64,000 bases of DNA, from NCBI GenBank assembly GCA_041666305.1, contig JBAYHD010000003.1, positions 30,266-94,265 of the forward strand, read 5' to 3'. The DNA is from Minisyncoccota bacterium (lineage in GTDB: Bacteria > Patescibacteriota > Minisyncoccia > Phycocordibacterales > Phycocordibacteraceae). The notes under the pieces are model-generated. The model did no database searches, had not been told where the DNA came from, and saw nothing but the letters and a program-made list of their open reading frames with translations. The translations under genes and the position numbers were made by a program. Positions 19,432 to 28,457 of the stretch are shown here, one piece after another (positions within the stretch are counted from its first letter, which is position 1; each line of letters opens with the position of its first letter).

Positions 19432-20181
19432 TTAATCGGCGTATCGCCTGCTACTGTCGGCGAGAAGTGGCGCCCAGACGAGACGATTGACCACGAACAC
19501 GATAACGAGGATGGCGAATGTGCCGGCTATCGAAGCTTGGGTGATACCGGAAGAACTTGCTTCTTTAATAAATTCGCCGAAACCGGCAACGTTGGTGATG
19601 ATTTCGGCGCCGATGACCGCCTCCCAACCGATAGCAATGCCCACTATCGAACCGGAAAGCATCGCAGGGAAGGAAAGTGGTGCGAGATAGTAGGGGATGC
19701 GTCGAAAACCGGTCGCACCGAAGATGGTCGCCGCATCGGAGAGGTCCTTGTGGGCACTTTTTATAGCGGTCAGCACCGCAAAGAGTATCGGCCAAATGAT
19801 AGAACTCACGGCGAAGAGGATTATCATTTGGCTCGTGAAGCCGAAGAAGTATATGAAAAGCGGAATGAGCGCGAATGAAGGAATATTTTGTAATACATCG
19901 AAAAACGGAAAGAGAAAATCAGAAAATGGGCTCCAGCCGACGAGAAGCGCAATGGAGATGCCGAAAAAAAGAGCGATGCCGTAGGCGAATGCAAGGCGAT
20001 AGGTGGTGTGCAGTACCGCTTCGCCGAGCGTGGGCCAGGTGACGGAGCCGAAATAACCTAAGACGGCGAGGATAAGTACGATGGTCGCGACGACCGCCAT
20101 GAGTCCGAACGCACGCCGGTACCGACGCGCATGATGAATATGCAACGCACGCGTTTGCGGATGTGCAGTACTCCCAATCAT
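19432..20181 (-). CDS. ABC transporter permease (SsuC/TauC-like)
   Basis: 249 aa, 6 TM, EAA-like loop; adjacent 2-nt spaced to ATPase gene. Confidence 0.75.
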   Translation of the reverse strand: MIGSTAHPQTRALHIHHARRYRRAFGLMAVVATIVLILAVLGYFGSVTWPTLGEAVLHTTYRLAFAYGIALFFGISIALLVGWSPFSDFLFPFFDVLQNIPSFALIPLFIYFFGFTSQMIILFAVSSIIWPILFAVLTAIKSAHKDLSDAATIFGATGFRRIPYYLAPLSFPAMLSGSIVGIAIGWEAVIGAEIITNVAGFGEFIKEASSSGITQASIAGTFAILVIVFVVNRLVWAPLLADSSRRYAD

Positions 20182-20224
20182 GGGTACATTCTAGCGCGCT
20201 TACGACGCTTGCTATACTTATAGC

Positions 20225-20761
20225 ATGAACATCCATCCGCTTTTCGTGCATTTCCCAATCGGACTTTTGGTCGTGTATTCGATTCTTGAAATAATTGCGT
20301 ATGCGTGGCCGTCTGTCCGGCGACAGACGTGGCTTTTTCCGGTCAATGCATTTCTTCTTTTCGCCGGCGTTCTCGGTGCATTCATGGCACTCATCACCGG
20401 CGGCATCGCGGAGGAATTGATAGAAGGTTCAGCGCGGAGCTACATTCTCGAACTCCACTCACCGATTGCCAGCGCCACGACGATACTCTACTTCTTCCTT
20501 GCGGGTGCATATATCGTCCGTATTTTCGACCGGAATGGGTGGGGAAATCAAATGGTTGGAATGGTTAATCCCTTTATACGCATTTGGAACTTCAAGAAAT
20601 ATGTCGCACATCTCATCCTCGACACCTGGTTTCTGCCCGTGCTCGCGCTCCTCGCGCTTATCGGCATGACCGTCACGGGCGCCTTGGGAGCGGCCATTGT
20701 GTACGGGCCAAACGCCGATCCGTTCATCTCTTTCATCTATCACTTTTCCTGGGCTCAATAA
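20225..20761 (+). CDS. polytopic membrane protein (DUF2231-like)
   Basis: MNIHPLFVHFPIGLLVV... N-terminus characteristic of DUF2231; 4-5 TM. Confidence 0.45.
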   Translation: MNIHPLFVHFPIGLLVVYSILEIIAYAWPSVRRQTWLFPVNAFLLFAGVLGAFMALITGGIAEELIEGSARSYILELHSPIASATTILYFFLAGAYIVRIFDRNGWGNQMVGMVNPFIRIWNFKKYVAHLILDTWFLPVLALLALIGMTVTGALGAAIVYGPNADPFISFIYHFSWAQ

Positions 20762-20952
20762 GCCCTTCGGGCTTTCTGCGGCGCTCACTTGGAAAGAATA
20801 AGTGCAGGCACTCATTCTTTACCTCGCTTCGCTTGCAGTATCCCATTTAGGACACGGCGTGTCCTAACTTTCCACAAGTGGTGCCTCTTGCACACGGTGG
20901 TATAATTGTTCTCGAGAGAGCGCAGGTGTTTAGCAACTAACATATTCAATAT

Positions 20953-21708
20953 ATGCGTACACTTAAAATGATAGGAATTGTCGGCGCCGCCGCGGCAGTT
21001 CTGCTTTCGGGGACCGTTGCGTTTGCCGAAGGAAAGACGGAGACCCGTGCGGCTACCGCCACAACGACGTGGGGAGAAAAGGGCGACTATCGCGCGATGA
21101 TGGCATCGTCGACACAGAAGCGCATGCAGGAAATGCGCGAGGAATCAAAAACGCGCATGACGTCGCTGAAAGAAAAGATGGCGAAGCGCGTTTCAGACAT
21201 TGAAGACAAGGTGAAGAAGGAGGCGGCAAAGAATATTGCCGAGCAATTCGAGAATCTCAACACAGTGTGGACCGACAAGTTCATGAATCAGTTGGATCGC
21301 TATGTCATCATTGTGCAGAAGATGCAGGCGCGAGCGAGCATTGCCGCAAGCACCGGCAAGGATGTGACGGCGGCAGATGCGGCTATTCAGTCCGCGCTCT
21401 CGGCGCTTGCAACCGCAAAAGCGGATGTGGTTGCGCAGGCGGCGAAGACGTACGCTGTGGACACGACGGCGTTCCCGACCGTCTCGACGACCACGCCAAG
21501 CGGTCAGACGAAAATAATGCAGGAGTTCCGAAAGTCATTCCAGACTCTGCACACAACACTCTTCAAGGATCTCTTCGCGCTCCGTGACGGTCCGATGAAA
21601 GACGCTCGCACGGCAGTACAGGCTGCGCTTCAGGCGCTCGGCCAGGTTCCCGGAGTAGATGAAGATAAGAACGAGAATGCGACTTCGACCGAAAAGTCGA
21701 ATCAGTAA
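20953..21708 (+). CDS. secreted coiled-coil protein, hypothetical
   Basis: Signal peptide MRTLKMIGIVGAAAAVLLSGTVAFA; helical K/E-rich body. Confidence 0.45.
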   Translation: MRTLKMIGIVGAAAAVLLSGTVAFAEGKTETRAATATTTWGEKGDYRAMMASSTQKRMQEMREESKTRMTSLKEKMAKRVSDIEDKVKKEAAKNIAEQFENLNTVWTDKFMNQLDRYVIIVQKMQARASIAASTGKDVTAADAAIQSALSALATAKADVVAQAAKTYAVDTTAFPTVSTTTPSGQTKIMQEFRKSFQTLHTTLFKDLFALRDGPMKDARTAVQAALQALGQVPGVDEDKNENATSTEKSNQ

Positions 21709-21725
21709 TCCCTAAACAAATCACT

Positions 21726-21980
21726 ATGGACTATCAAAATACAGATCAGGGTTCCTCGGCGAAAATGTGGTGGATTATCGGCGGTCTCGTCGTTCTGGCG
21801 GTTGCCGGATGGTACTTCTACGGCGGCAAAACGTCGGCTCCGAGTGCACAGACCTCGGCGGTCTCGCAATCGGCGAACACGACCGCTGCCATCGCGGACG
21901 AGCTCAATGCAGTACCGGATGTCTCGGCAGGACTCACGGCAGACCAGGCGGCATCCGCTCAAGTAGTCTCGGGATTCTAG
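21726..21980 (+). CDS. small membrane-anchored protein, hypothetical
   Basis: 84 aa; one TM (WWIIGGLVVLAVAGWYFY). Confidence 0.3.
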   Translation: MDYQNTDQGSSAKMWWIIGGLVVLAVAGWYFYGGKTSAPSAQTSAVSQSANTTAAIADELNAVPDVSAGLTADQAASAQVVSGF

Positions 21981-22028
21981 CGAAATCGTGCGAAACGAAA
22001 AATCGCCGGCTCTCCGGCGATTTTTCTT

Positions 22029-22673
22029 TTACGGATAATTCCTCCCATCCCCGGTTATGGGTATGATATCGCCGAGGAATTTCGGCCTCGTATGAAAGAA
22101 AAGGTCGAATGCGGCTTTTTCGTCGGAAAACACTTCGCGGAAATAATTGTGGAAAAGAATATTACCGACATCGGTGTTGACCCCGTACGCCTGAAGTCCC
22201 AGTTCGCGCGCGATGAAGATTGCGCGGGGTAAATGAAATGATTGCGTCGTGACGAGAACGGAAGTAACGCCGAAGATGTCTCGCGCGCGATACAGGGTGC
22301 TGTACGTGTCGAAACCCGCGTGGTCGAGGAATATGTCCTGGTCCGGGATGCCTTTGCTCAAAAGATACAGCCGGACCGGATTCACTTCGTTGTGGCTAAG
22401 AGTGCTGTTGTCGCCGGAGACGAGTATTTTCGATACTTTCCACATTTTGTACAACTCGATAGCCGCGTCCACGCGATCTGTGAAAATGGGGGAGGGCTTG
22501 CCGTTCGCGAGTATTGCCGCGCCGGGGATGAGCGCCACTTGGGCGCTCGGAGCGTCAGCGGCGCTCGCGTATATATACGGCTTTGTCGTCACATGGAAAA
22601 TCACATTGGTGGCAATGATGAATATGATCAAGAGCCCGAAACTCCATGCGATAAAATATAAAACGCGCTTCAT
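22029..22673 (-). CDS. SanA/YdcF-family (DUF218) protein
   Basis: N-terminal TM; VALIPGAAILANGKPSPIFTDRVDAAIELYK...ILVSGDN matches DUF218 core. Confidence 0.65.
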   Translation of the reverse strand: MKRVLYFIAWSFGLLIIFIIATNVIFHVTTKPYIYASAADAPSAQVALIPGAAILANGKPSPIFTDRVDAAIELYKMWKVSKILVSGDNSTLSHNEVNPVRLYLLSKGIPDQDIFLDHAGFDTYSTLYRARDIFGVTSVLVTTQSFHLPRAIFIARELGLQAYGVNTDVGNILFHNYFREVFSDEKAAFDLFFHTRPKFLGDIIPITGDGRNYP

Positions 22674-22738
22674 CCTCCGAGTATACGCTTATTTGCTGGC
22701 CGTCTGGTACGACGTGGGAACCACTTTAACTCAAGATT

Positions 22739-23740
22739 TTACTCCTGTCTGCTTATTACGACATTGATAAAATCTTTTGTTGCTTGGCTTACAGTGGTCT
22801 TGTAAGGCGTTCCATATCTATAATCATCTGGATACTTTGCTGGATTTGCTACCACCTCTCTACGACAACTTTGAAGTTTTGGATCGTTTGTAATTTTTGA
22901 TTCTATTGCTTGTGTATCAATCGTAGTTGTACTAGTTGTTGATTTAAAAATCCAAAGGGGATCACTCATATTTACCACCCTTTGGGGGATATAGCTGTTA
23001 TATAAGTCATCATGAATTTTTTTACATGCTACTTCGAACATCCCAAGATTGTTTGCTACTAATAGACCGAAATATGTTTTGACATCTAGCCCAGTGAAAG
23101 TATTTTTATAAACCTCGGCAAAATCTTCTGCGGGAGACAAATTCCAATTTGAACCGTATCGTGGAGTTCCACTAGCAATCTCTCTAAGTTGATAATATTT
23201 TGTCCATTCGGCATCGGTTAAAGTGCTACCGATAGCGTGCCCTAGTTCGTGGGTAAGAACATCATTTAATGAACCCTTGGCCAGTATTTCTTTGTTCAAA
23301 TAAATGATAGCGCCGCCTGACTCGTATGTTACGTAAACGCCACCTTCATAAAGAAAGCCGGAACCGAAATCCATCACATTCATGTTTCCCCACGGTGTCG
23401 CTATGTATTGTCCTGATTTAAGTGCGAGACTGTTTACAAATACGATTGGAATTTTCGCTAAAATGCTTTTTGGAAACCTCGAATTGTAAGCTGTCCGAGT
23501 CATTTCTTCTTTTAAGGTGTCATCTATAAATACAGCATTTGGACTATCTATTTGACCGAGATAGAGAGTGTAACCGACATTATTGATTTGTTGAAGATTT
23601 ATTTCTTTTGTTTTATCTATAGCCGATATTTTCCCAAGTACAGATTCAAATGGATTCGGATGAGATAGAAAAGTAACATCGTAATAAACTGCAAAGCCAC
23701 CAATGACAAGAAGAGTGAAAAGGGTGATCCATTCTTTCAT
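22739..23740 (-). CDS. secreted putative zinc metalloprotease (HExxH)
   Basis: Signal/TM anchor MKEWITLFTLLVIGGFAVYY; VLTHELGHAIGST HExxH motif; AT-rich codon usage. Confidence 0.5.
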   Translation of the reverse strand: MKEWITLFTLLVIGGFAVYYDVTFLSHPNPFESVLGKISAIDKTKEINLQQINNVGYTLYLGQIDSPNAVFIDDTLKEEMTRTAYNSRFPKSILAKIPIVFVNSLALKSGQYIATPWGNMNVMDFGSGFLYEGGVYVTYESGGAIIYLNKEILAKGSLNDVLTHELGHAIGSTLTDAEWTKYYQLREIASGTPRYGSNWNLSPAEDFAEVYKNTFTGLDVKTYFGLLVANNLGMFEVACKKIHDDLYNSYIPQRVVNMSDPLWIFKSTTSTTTIDTQAIESKITNDPKLQSCRREVVANPAKYPDDYRYGTPYKTTVSQATKDFINVVISRQE

Positions 23741-23791
23741 GGTACACGCTAACTATAGTATGTAGACCCATAGTGAGCAACTTCATACCCT

Positions 23792-24013
23792 TTGGGTATG
23801 GGTACAGCTCCACGAATATTGATGCGCTTTGGAGAACGAGTCCGAACTGAGCGGATGAGGCGCGGTCTTTCTCAAGAAGAATTAGGTGAGAAAGCAGGCG
23901 TTCATCGAACGTATGTTGGTATGATAGAACGTGGTGAAAAGAACATAACTCTCTTAAATATTGAGAAATTTTCTCGTGCGTTAGGAGTAAGAATCTCGGT
24001 TCTGGTGGATTAA
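23792..24013 (+). CDS. XRE-family helix-turn-helix transcriptional regulator
   Basis: ERVRTERMRRGLSQEELGEKAGVHRTYVGMIERGEKNITLLNIEKFSRALG - canonical XRE HTH. Confidence 0.7.
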   Translation: MGMGTAPRILMRFGERVRTERMRRGLSQEELGEKAGVHRTYVGMIERGEKNITLLNIEKFSRALGVRISVLVD

Positions 24014-24472
24014 AAAGACACAAAGTCGAATTATGTACAGCGACTTGCATTGGTTTGGGCAAGTTATATTCTTACGCGGCGGTCGGCGTTCATACAAAAA
24101 CGCCTAAACCGTAGCAAACACAGCAGTTGTAGTTGTTGCGTCCATACAGGTCAAAACTGTATGACAGACGCCCGAAGTCCCTTCGGCCTGTCGGGAGAGG
24201 TTGAATCTGGACGATCAGGAAAGTATCCCAAAAAGCTCGTAGACGAGTGCATCCTTGTTTTTAAAGATGAGGACGACGTTTCCTTATCCGAAGAAGAAGC
24301 AGGGCAGATTTTAGATTCTCTAGGAGGGTTGTTTTTGGCGTTTGCAGACGCTAGTGAGAGAAAGGGGGCGGGAGGTGGTGACGGCTTAAGCCGCGCCACC
24401 GCCCGCCCTTTCGATTTGGGTGGTGCGTTGGGCTCTGACTTGATATCCCCTCACAGTTGTAAATGAAATCTC

Positions 24473-25213
24473 ATGTATGTCATTTACAGAAAATTCGGGA
24501 AAACAGTCGAAATCACGGAGTACGAAAGGAAACCGAAAAAAGTACGCGTACACAGTACCCGAAAGAGGGGTGCTACATACGGTCTTCGGCGACCCGATAA
24601 TATTCGACGGACGAGAAAGATATGTATGCGGCGCGTGTCTTCTGCTCTTGAAGAACTTGGAAGTCCGCTCTTGGTTAGCCTCACCTTTCGTGGGGATGCG
24701 TCTGACGCCTCATATGCAAATGATTCCCTTCGTTATTTCCAAGTGCGGTTGCGAGCTGAGTTTCCTGAAGCGCAATCTCTCTTTATTCCCGAACTCTCCC
24801 CACGTGGACGAATCCACTTCCACGGCCTTTTATTTAACGTGCCGTTGTCTCTCGGAGATACGCGCATTGGTCGAAAGCGACTTCAGGACGGCATGGAGCG
24901 CAAAACACGAGTGCTCGCTGGATTATGGGGAGAGGGTTTCGTTGACGCTCTCAAGGCTGACGGCTCTCCAAAACTGGCAAGTTACATCAGCAAGTACATT
25001 ACCAAAGGTGGAGGACAAATTATCTTCAACGCCATGAGACTTCTGCGTATATCCCACGGGTTTCCACGGGAGATCGTTGTTAGAGACGAGTTAGTTGCTG
25101 GTAAACTCCGCGACAAGTATGCTACCCAGAAGCCCGATAAGGAATGGGAGGGTGGAAAAGAATTTGCAGTCTTCCTCGGAAAAATCACCAAGAAAACCTA
25201 TTATTTAAAATGA
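24473..25213 (+). CDS. rolling-circle replication initiator, phiX174 gpA-like (superfamily I Rep, HUH)
   Basis: Motif 1 LLVSLTF, motif 2 RIHFHGLLF (HuHuuu), motif 3 ASYISKYITKG (Y-x-x-K-Y, two catalytic Tyr 4 apart as in phiX YVAKY). Confidence 0.6.
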   Translation: MYVIYRKFGKTVEITEYERKPKKVRVHSTRKRGATYGLRRPDNIRRTRKICMRRVSSALEELGSPLLVSLTFRGDASDASYANDSLRYFQVRLRAEFPEAQSLFIPELSPRGRIHFHGLLFNVPLSLGDTRIGRKRLQDGMERKTRVLAGLWGEGFVDALKADGSPKLASYISKYITKGGGQIIFNAMRLLRISHGFPREIVVRDELVAGKLRDKYATQKPDKEWEGGKEFAVFLGKITKKTYYLK

Positions 25214-26007
25214 GATACCTGATCTACTCCAGAAAATCATCAGAATCCGAAGACCGGCAGGTTCTCTCTATTCCCGCCCAGTTAAACGAGCTTGGCGATA
25301 TTGCTACTCGTGAGGGCTTTGACGTAGCCACGACGTATCAAGAGAGTATGTCGGCTAAGGCTTCGGGGCGACCAGTTTTCAACGAACTACTGAAAGTCAT
25401 TGAGAGGGGTAAGGGATATTCTCTGCTGGTTTGGAATGTAGACCGTCTTGCACGAAACATGGTAGACGGTGGAATGATTTTGGAACTCATGGACAAGAAA
25501 AAGATTATTGAAATACGCACGTATGAGAAAACCTATCGCAATACGCCGGACGATAAGTTTATGATGAGTTTGAGTTTCGGCATTGCGAAAAAGTATGTGG
25601 ACGATTTGAGTGTGAATGTGAAGCGCGGGAATACGGAGAAACTAAAACGCGGTGAATGGCCGAATCATGCCCCATTTGGATATTTGAATGACAGTACAAC
25701 GAAGTCGGTTGTGATTGACCCTGACCGCAGTCGCTATGTTCCCCGCATTTATGAACTCTATTCAGCTGGTAGCCATAGCTTCGGAAGCATTGCTGATTTG
25801 CTATACGAAACAGGATTGCGTACGAACTCGGGAAGAAAAGTATTGAAGAGTCATATTCAGCGCATATTGAGCAGTCGTTTTTATACTGGCGTTATGGAAC
25901 GGGACGGAAAATTATACGAGGGCAAGTATAAACCGCTTATCTCAAAGAAAACATTTGATGATGCACAAGAAGTTATGTCTGGCTTCACGACCGCGCGCAA
26001 AGTCTAA
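25212..26007 (+). CDS. large serine recombinase, N-terminal part (resolvase catalytic + recombinase domains); interrupted by +1 frameshift near 26002
   Basis: MRYLIYSRKSSESEDRQ... catalytic Ser in YSRKSS; resolvase fold continues to ...FDDAQEVMSGFTTARKV*. Confidence 0.7.
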
Positions 26008-26725
26008 TACACTTTTCTTTCCGCTTCGCGGTTTCCTTACCTGCGAGACGTGCGGATGTATGCTCACCGCTTCGCTCAAAAAGGGACACCAGTATTATTA
26101 CTGCACGAACGGCAAGGGTAAATGTACAGCACACAAGAAATACATGCGTGAAGAGTATTTGTACGAGAAAGTAGGCGACCTCTTCAAGAACCTTGCTTTT
26201 ACCGAGCGCAAAATTGAGCTTATGTACCAAGCGGCTAAATCAAAAGCGGAGCAAGACGGGAGTGAGACAACCCAAAACCTAGAGATACTGCGTAAACGCT
26301 TTAACGCACTCCCAGAGCGCGAATCTCGCCTCCTAGACACATTCCTCGCCGAGCAGACGACTCAAGAACTCTATGACAAGAAATCAGCCGAATTGAAACA
26401 CGAGCGCATTGATCTACAGAATCAGATTAAAACTCTAGAAACAGGACAACCCGCTTTTACTTTGGAACCGACTAAACAGGTATTTCTACAAGGCAGTAGA
26501 GCCACGAAAGAGTTTTTGGAAGCGGGCGAAATGAAAAAACGAGTAATCGTAGAAAAATTACTTTGGAACCTTTCTTTTGCAAACGGAGAAATGGCGCAGA
26601 TACAATACAAAAGTCCGTATCACATACTCGCAAAAATCCCTAAAAACGCCTCAAATTCCATGTTGCTGCGGGACAGGGATTCGAACCCCGGTGACGACTT
26701 TCAGAGAGTCGCATCCTACCGCTAG
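25955..26725 (+). CDS. large serine recombinase, C-terminal part (zinc-ribbon + coiled-coil), frame +1 relative to N-part
   Basis: ...KSNTLFFPLRGFLTCETCGCML zinc ribbon and long coiled-coil; frames join as ...TTARK|SNTLF if nt 26002 is skipped; last ~20 codons are antisense to tRNA-Gln. Confidence 0.6.
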   Translation: MMMHKKLCLASRPRAKSNTLFFPLRGFLTCETCGCMLTASLKKGHQYYYCTNGKGKCTAHKKYMREEYLYEKVGDLFKNLAFTERKIELMYQAAKSKAEQDGSETTQNLEILRKRFNALPERESRLLDTFLAEQTTQELYDKKSAELKHERIDLQNQIKTLETGQPAFTLEPTKQVFLQGSRATKEFLEAGEMKKRVIVEKLLWNLSFANGEMAQIQYKSPYHILAKIPKNASNSMLLRDRDSNPGDDFQRVASYR

Positions 26726-26736
26726 ATGATCCCGCA
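26666..26736 (-). tRNA. tRNA-Gln (anticodon CTG)
   Basis: Reverse strand: acceptor TGCGGGA/TCCCGCA, anticodon stem CGACT/AGTCG loop CTCTGAA, T-arm CGGGGTTCGAATCCCTG. Confidence 0.8.
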
Positions 26737-26821
26737 ATAACGCGACGCGAAGCGCCGCGCGCTATCTGCACGATACTGGAAATCTCGAGTTTATTCAACA
26801 CAATGGGCTGACGAAAAGCGT

Positions 26822-27565
26822 ATGATGAGTGAAATGTATTTTGTATACATAATGAAGTGCAAAGATGGCTCTTTGTATACCGGCATTACCACCGACGTTG
26901 AGCGGCGTTTCAGGGAGCATAAGAGCGGTGTGGGTGGCCATTACACTCGCGCAAAACAAGCGGTGAAGGTCGTGTACACCGAACAACGTCTGGACAGATC
27001 GTCGGCCTCCAGAAGGGAAGCGGAAATAAAAAGTTGGCCCAGAGAAAAGAAACTTGATTTGATCAAATCAAAAAATCGCATGCGCCTCACTATGCAGGAA
27101 AAGAGGGAATTGGCGGTGAAGAAGTCCCGAAATGGCCGAGGGATATTCGCGCGAAGAAATTTTTTGCCCGGCGAAACTATTTTTGAAGTGACGGGCGCAT
27201 TCGTCACTTGTAATGAAGACGACGATATGGACGAAGAGACGCGCGCGAACACCTATCGCTATGATGAAGACAAGTACATCAGCCCGCAGGGAAGGATGGG
27301 TGACTTCTTGAATCATTCGTGCGAGCCGAATGCGAGAGTCGTGAAAAAGGACGGGCGACTGTTCATCGTCGCTGTCGTCGCAGTTGCGAAAGGAGAGGAG
27401 GTTGTCATCGATTACTCAACCATCACCGCGCCCGATGATAGTTGGGAGATGCAGTGCAATTGCGGCACCCCGAAATGCCGAGGCATCATCAGGAAATTCA
27501 ATTCGTTGCCGTTAATAACGAGAAAGAGGTATCGCGCTCTCGGCATGGTCCCGAAATACGGCTAA
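26822..27565 (+). CDS. GIY-YIG nuclease domain fused to SET-domain (protein lysine methyltransferase-like) domain
   Basis: N-term FVYIMKCKDGSLYTGITTDVERRFREHKSG (GIY-YIG/UPF0213); C-term SET signatures GRGIFARRNF, NHSCEPNA, EEVVIDYS, post-SET Cys cluster CNCGTPKCRG. Confidence 0.7.
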   Translation: MMSEMYFVYIMKCKDGSLYTGITTDVERRFREHKSGVGGHYTRAKQAVKVVYTEQRLDRSSASRREAEIKSWPREKKLDLIKSKNRMRLTMQEKRELAVKKSRNGRGIFARRNFLPGETIFEVTGAFVTCNEDDDMDEETRANTYRYDEDKYISPQGRMGDFLNHSCEPNARVVKKDGRLFIVAVVAVAKGEEVVIDYSTITAPDDSWEMQCNCGTPKCRGIIRKFNSLPLITRKRYRALGMVPKYG

Positions 27566-27585
27566 AAAGCCCCTCCCGGAAGGGC

Positions 27586-27660
27586 TTGACCTTATTTTGA
27601 GGTGGATGTAGTATGGCCTTAATCGACCCGAAAGGCCGATTTCGCTTTTATCCCCCTTGG
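27586..27660 (+). promoter_or_regulatory. module copy 1: sigma70-like promoter (TTGACC-17-TAGTAT) + conserved 5' leader hairpin GGCCTTAATCGACCCGAAAGGCCGATTTCGCTTTTATCCCCCTTGG
   Basis: Near-identical promoter+leader recurs at 28087-28175. Confidence 0.45.
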
Positions 27661-27670
27661 GACACAGGCG

Positions 27671-28003
27671 ATGTACATTCAACCAACCAACGAAAAGGAG
27701 CTTTACGTGAAAAAACGTTTCTACGGCAATCTCATCCCGATGATCCTGGCCAGCGGCGTTCCCGGCAATATCGATGCCTCGAAGTTGCCCAAAAAGGACT
27801 GGACGGTCCATTCCGGCCATGCCCCCGTCGCCAAGGAAGAGGTGCACTCGCTGATGTCCCAGAAGATCGCGGGAACCAAGACCTTGCTGCTCCAGGCCGA
27901 ATCCGGCGCCAAGTTCTCGGTGACCCAGGCCGAAGCCGAAGTGTTTGCCGCTGACTACCTGACGAGCATCGGCTACAAGGTGCAGGCACCGCAACAGGCC
28001 TAG
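27671..28003 (+). CDS. small hypothetical protein downstream of leader copy 1 (alternative GTG start 27707 with AAAGGAG SD)
   Basis: 110 aa ORF; followed by strong terminator. Confidence 0.4.
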   Translation: MYIQPTNEKELYVKKRFYGNLIPMILASGVPGNIDASKLPKKDWTVHSGHAPVAKEEVHSLMSQKIAGTKTLLLQAESGAKFSVTQAEAEVFAADYLTSIGYKVQAPQQA

Positions 28004-28046
28004 GCCGGCGCTGGCGCGAAGCCAGAAAGAAATTCTTATCGATGTG

Positions 28047-28086
28047 CAGGCGGTTTCCCTCCGGGGGAGCTGCCTGTTTTCTTTTG
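28047..28086 (+). terminator. rho-independent terminator CAGGCGGTTTCCCTCCGGGGGAGCTGCCTG + TTTTCTTTT
   Basis: GC-rich hairpin followed by T-run. Confidence 0.6.
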
Positions 28087-28175
28087 TTGACAGTATTTCT
28101 ATAACAGGTTAGTATGGGCTCAATCGACCCGAAAGGCCGATTTTGCATTTTTCCGCGCCCTTTTAGGGAAGGCAA
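28087..28175 (+). promoter_or_regulatory. module copy 2: promoter (TTGACA-17-TAGTAT) + conserved leader GGGCTCAATCGACCCGAAAGGCCGATTTTGCATTTTTCCGCGCCCTTTTAGGG
   Basis: Same -35/-10 spacing and same leader hairpin (ATCGACC CGAAA GGCCGAT) as copy 1. Confidence 0.45.
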
Positions 28176-28208
28176 AAACTGATCATTAACCGAAAAGAGA
28201 GGGAGTGT

Positions 28209-28388
28209 ATGAAGGAAGATTTGAAAAAGCGCGCATTTGTTCCGGCATGGCTGTTGGGGACGATACACGATCCGACGTATGAAAATAACGAAGCTTCAAG
28301 CAAGGCTGAGGAATCACCCGCAGTCAAGCATGTGGAACGTTCAGGCAACACTGTCGTAGCCTTCCCAAAGAAGCTTCGCGCGGCCTAG
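28209..28388 (+). CDS. 59-aa small protein downstream of leader copy 2 (below ORF-track cutoff)
   Basis: GAGGGAG SD 6 nt before ATG 28209; MKEDLKKRAFVPAWLLGTIHDPTYENNEASSKAEESPAVKHVERSGNTVVAFPKKLRAA; followed by terminator. Confidence 0.35.
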   Translation: MKEDLKKRAFVPAWLLGTIHDPTYENNEASSKAEESPAVKHVERSGNTVVAFPKKLRAA

Positions 28389-28406
28389 GTCGCAGAACCC
28401 ACACCA

Positions 28407-28440
28407 CAGGCAATCCCGCGCGGATTGCCTGTTTTATTTT
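28407..28440 (+). terminator. rho-independent terminator CAGGCAATCC-CGCGC-GGATTGCCTG + TTTTATTTT
   Basis: Perfect 10-bp stem, T-run. Confidence 0.65.
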
Positions 28441-28457
28441 TGGCGTATACTGGAAGG

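Larger units (their letters stand above)
22700..26740. mobile_element. low-GC integrative island at the 3' end of tRNA-Gln (secreted HExxH protein, XRE regulator, RCR Rep, large serine recombinase)
   Basis: Visible AT-enrichment from ~22740; serine recombinase gene abuts and overlaps tRNA-Gln; rolling-circle Rep gene immediately upstream. Confidence 0.5.

Noticed and set aside
22700-23800. Direct repeat of the tRNA-Gln 3' end that would mark the distal att site of the island
   Set aside because: Could not find a convincing >=12-nt match to CTGCGGGACAGGGATTCGAACC by eye in 22650-24500; island boundary therefore rests on composition only.
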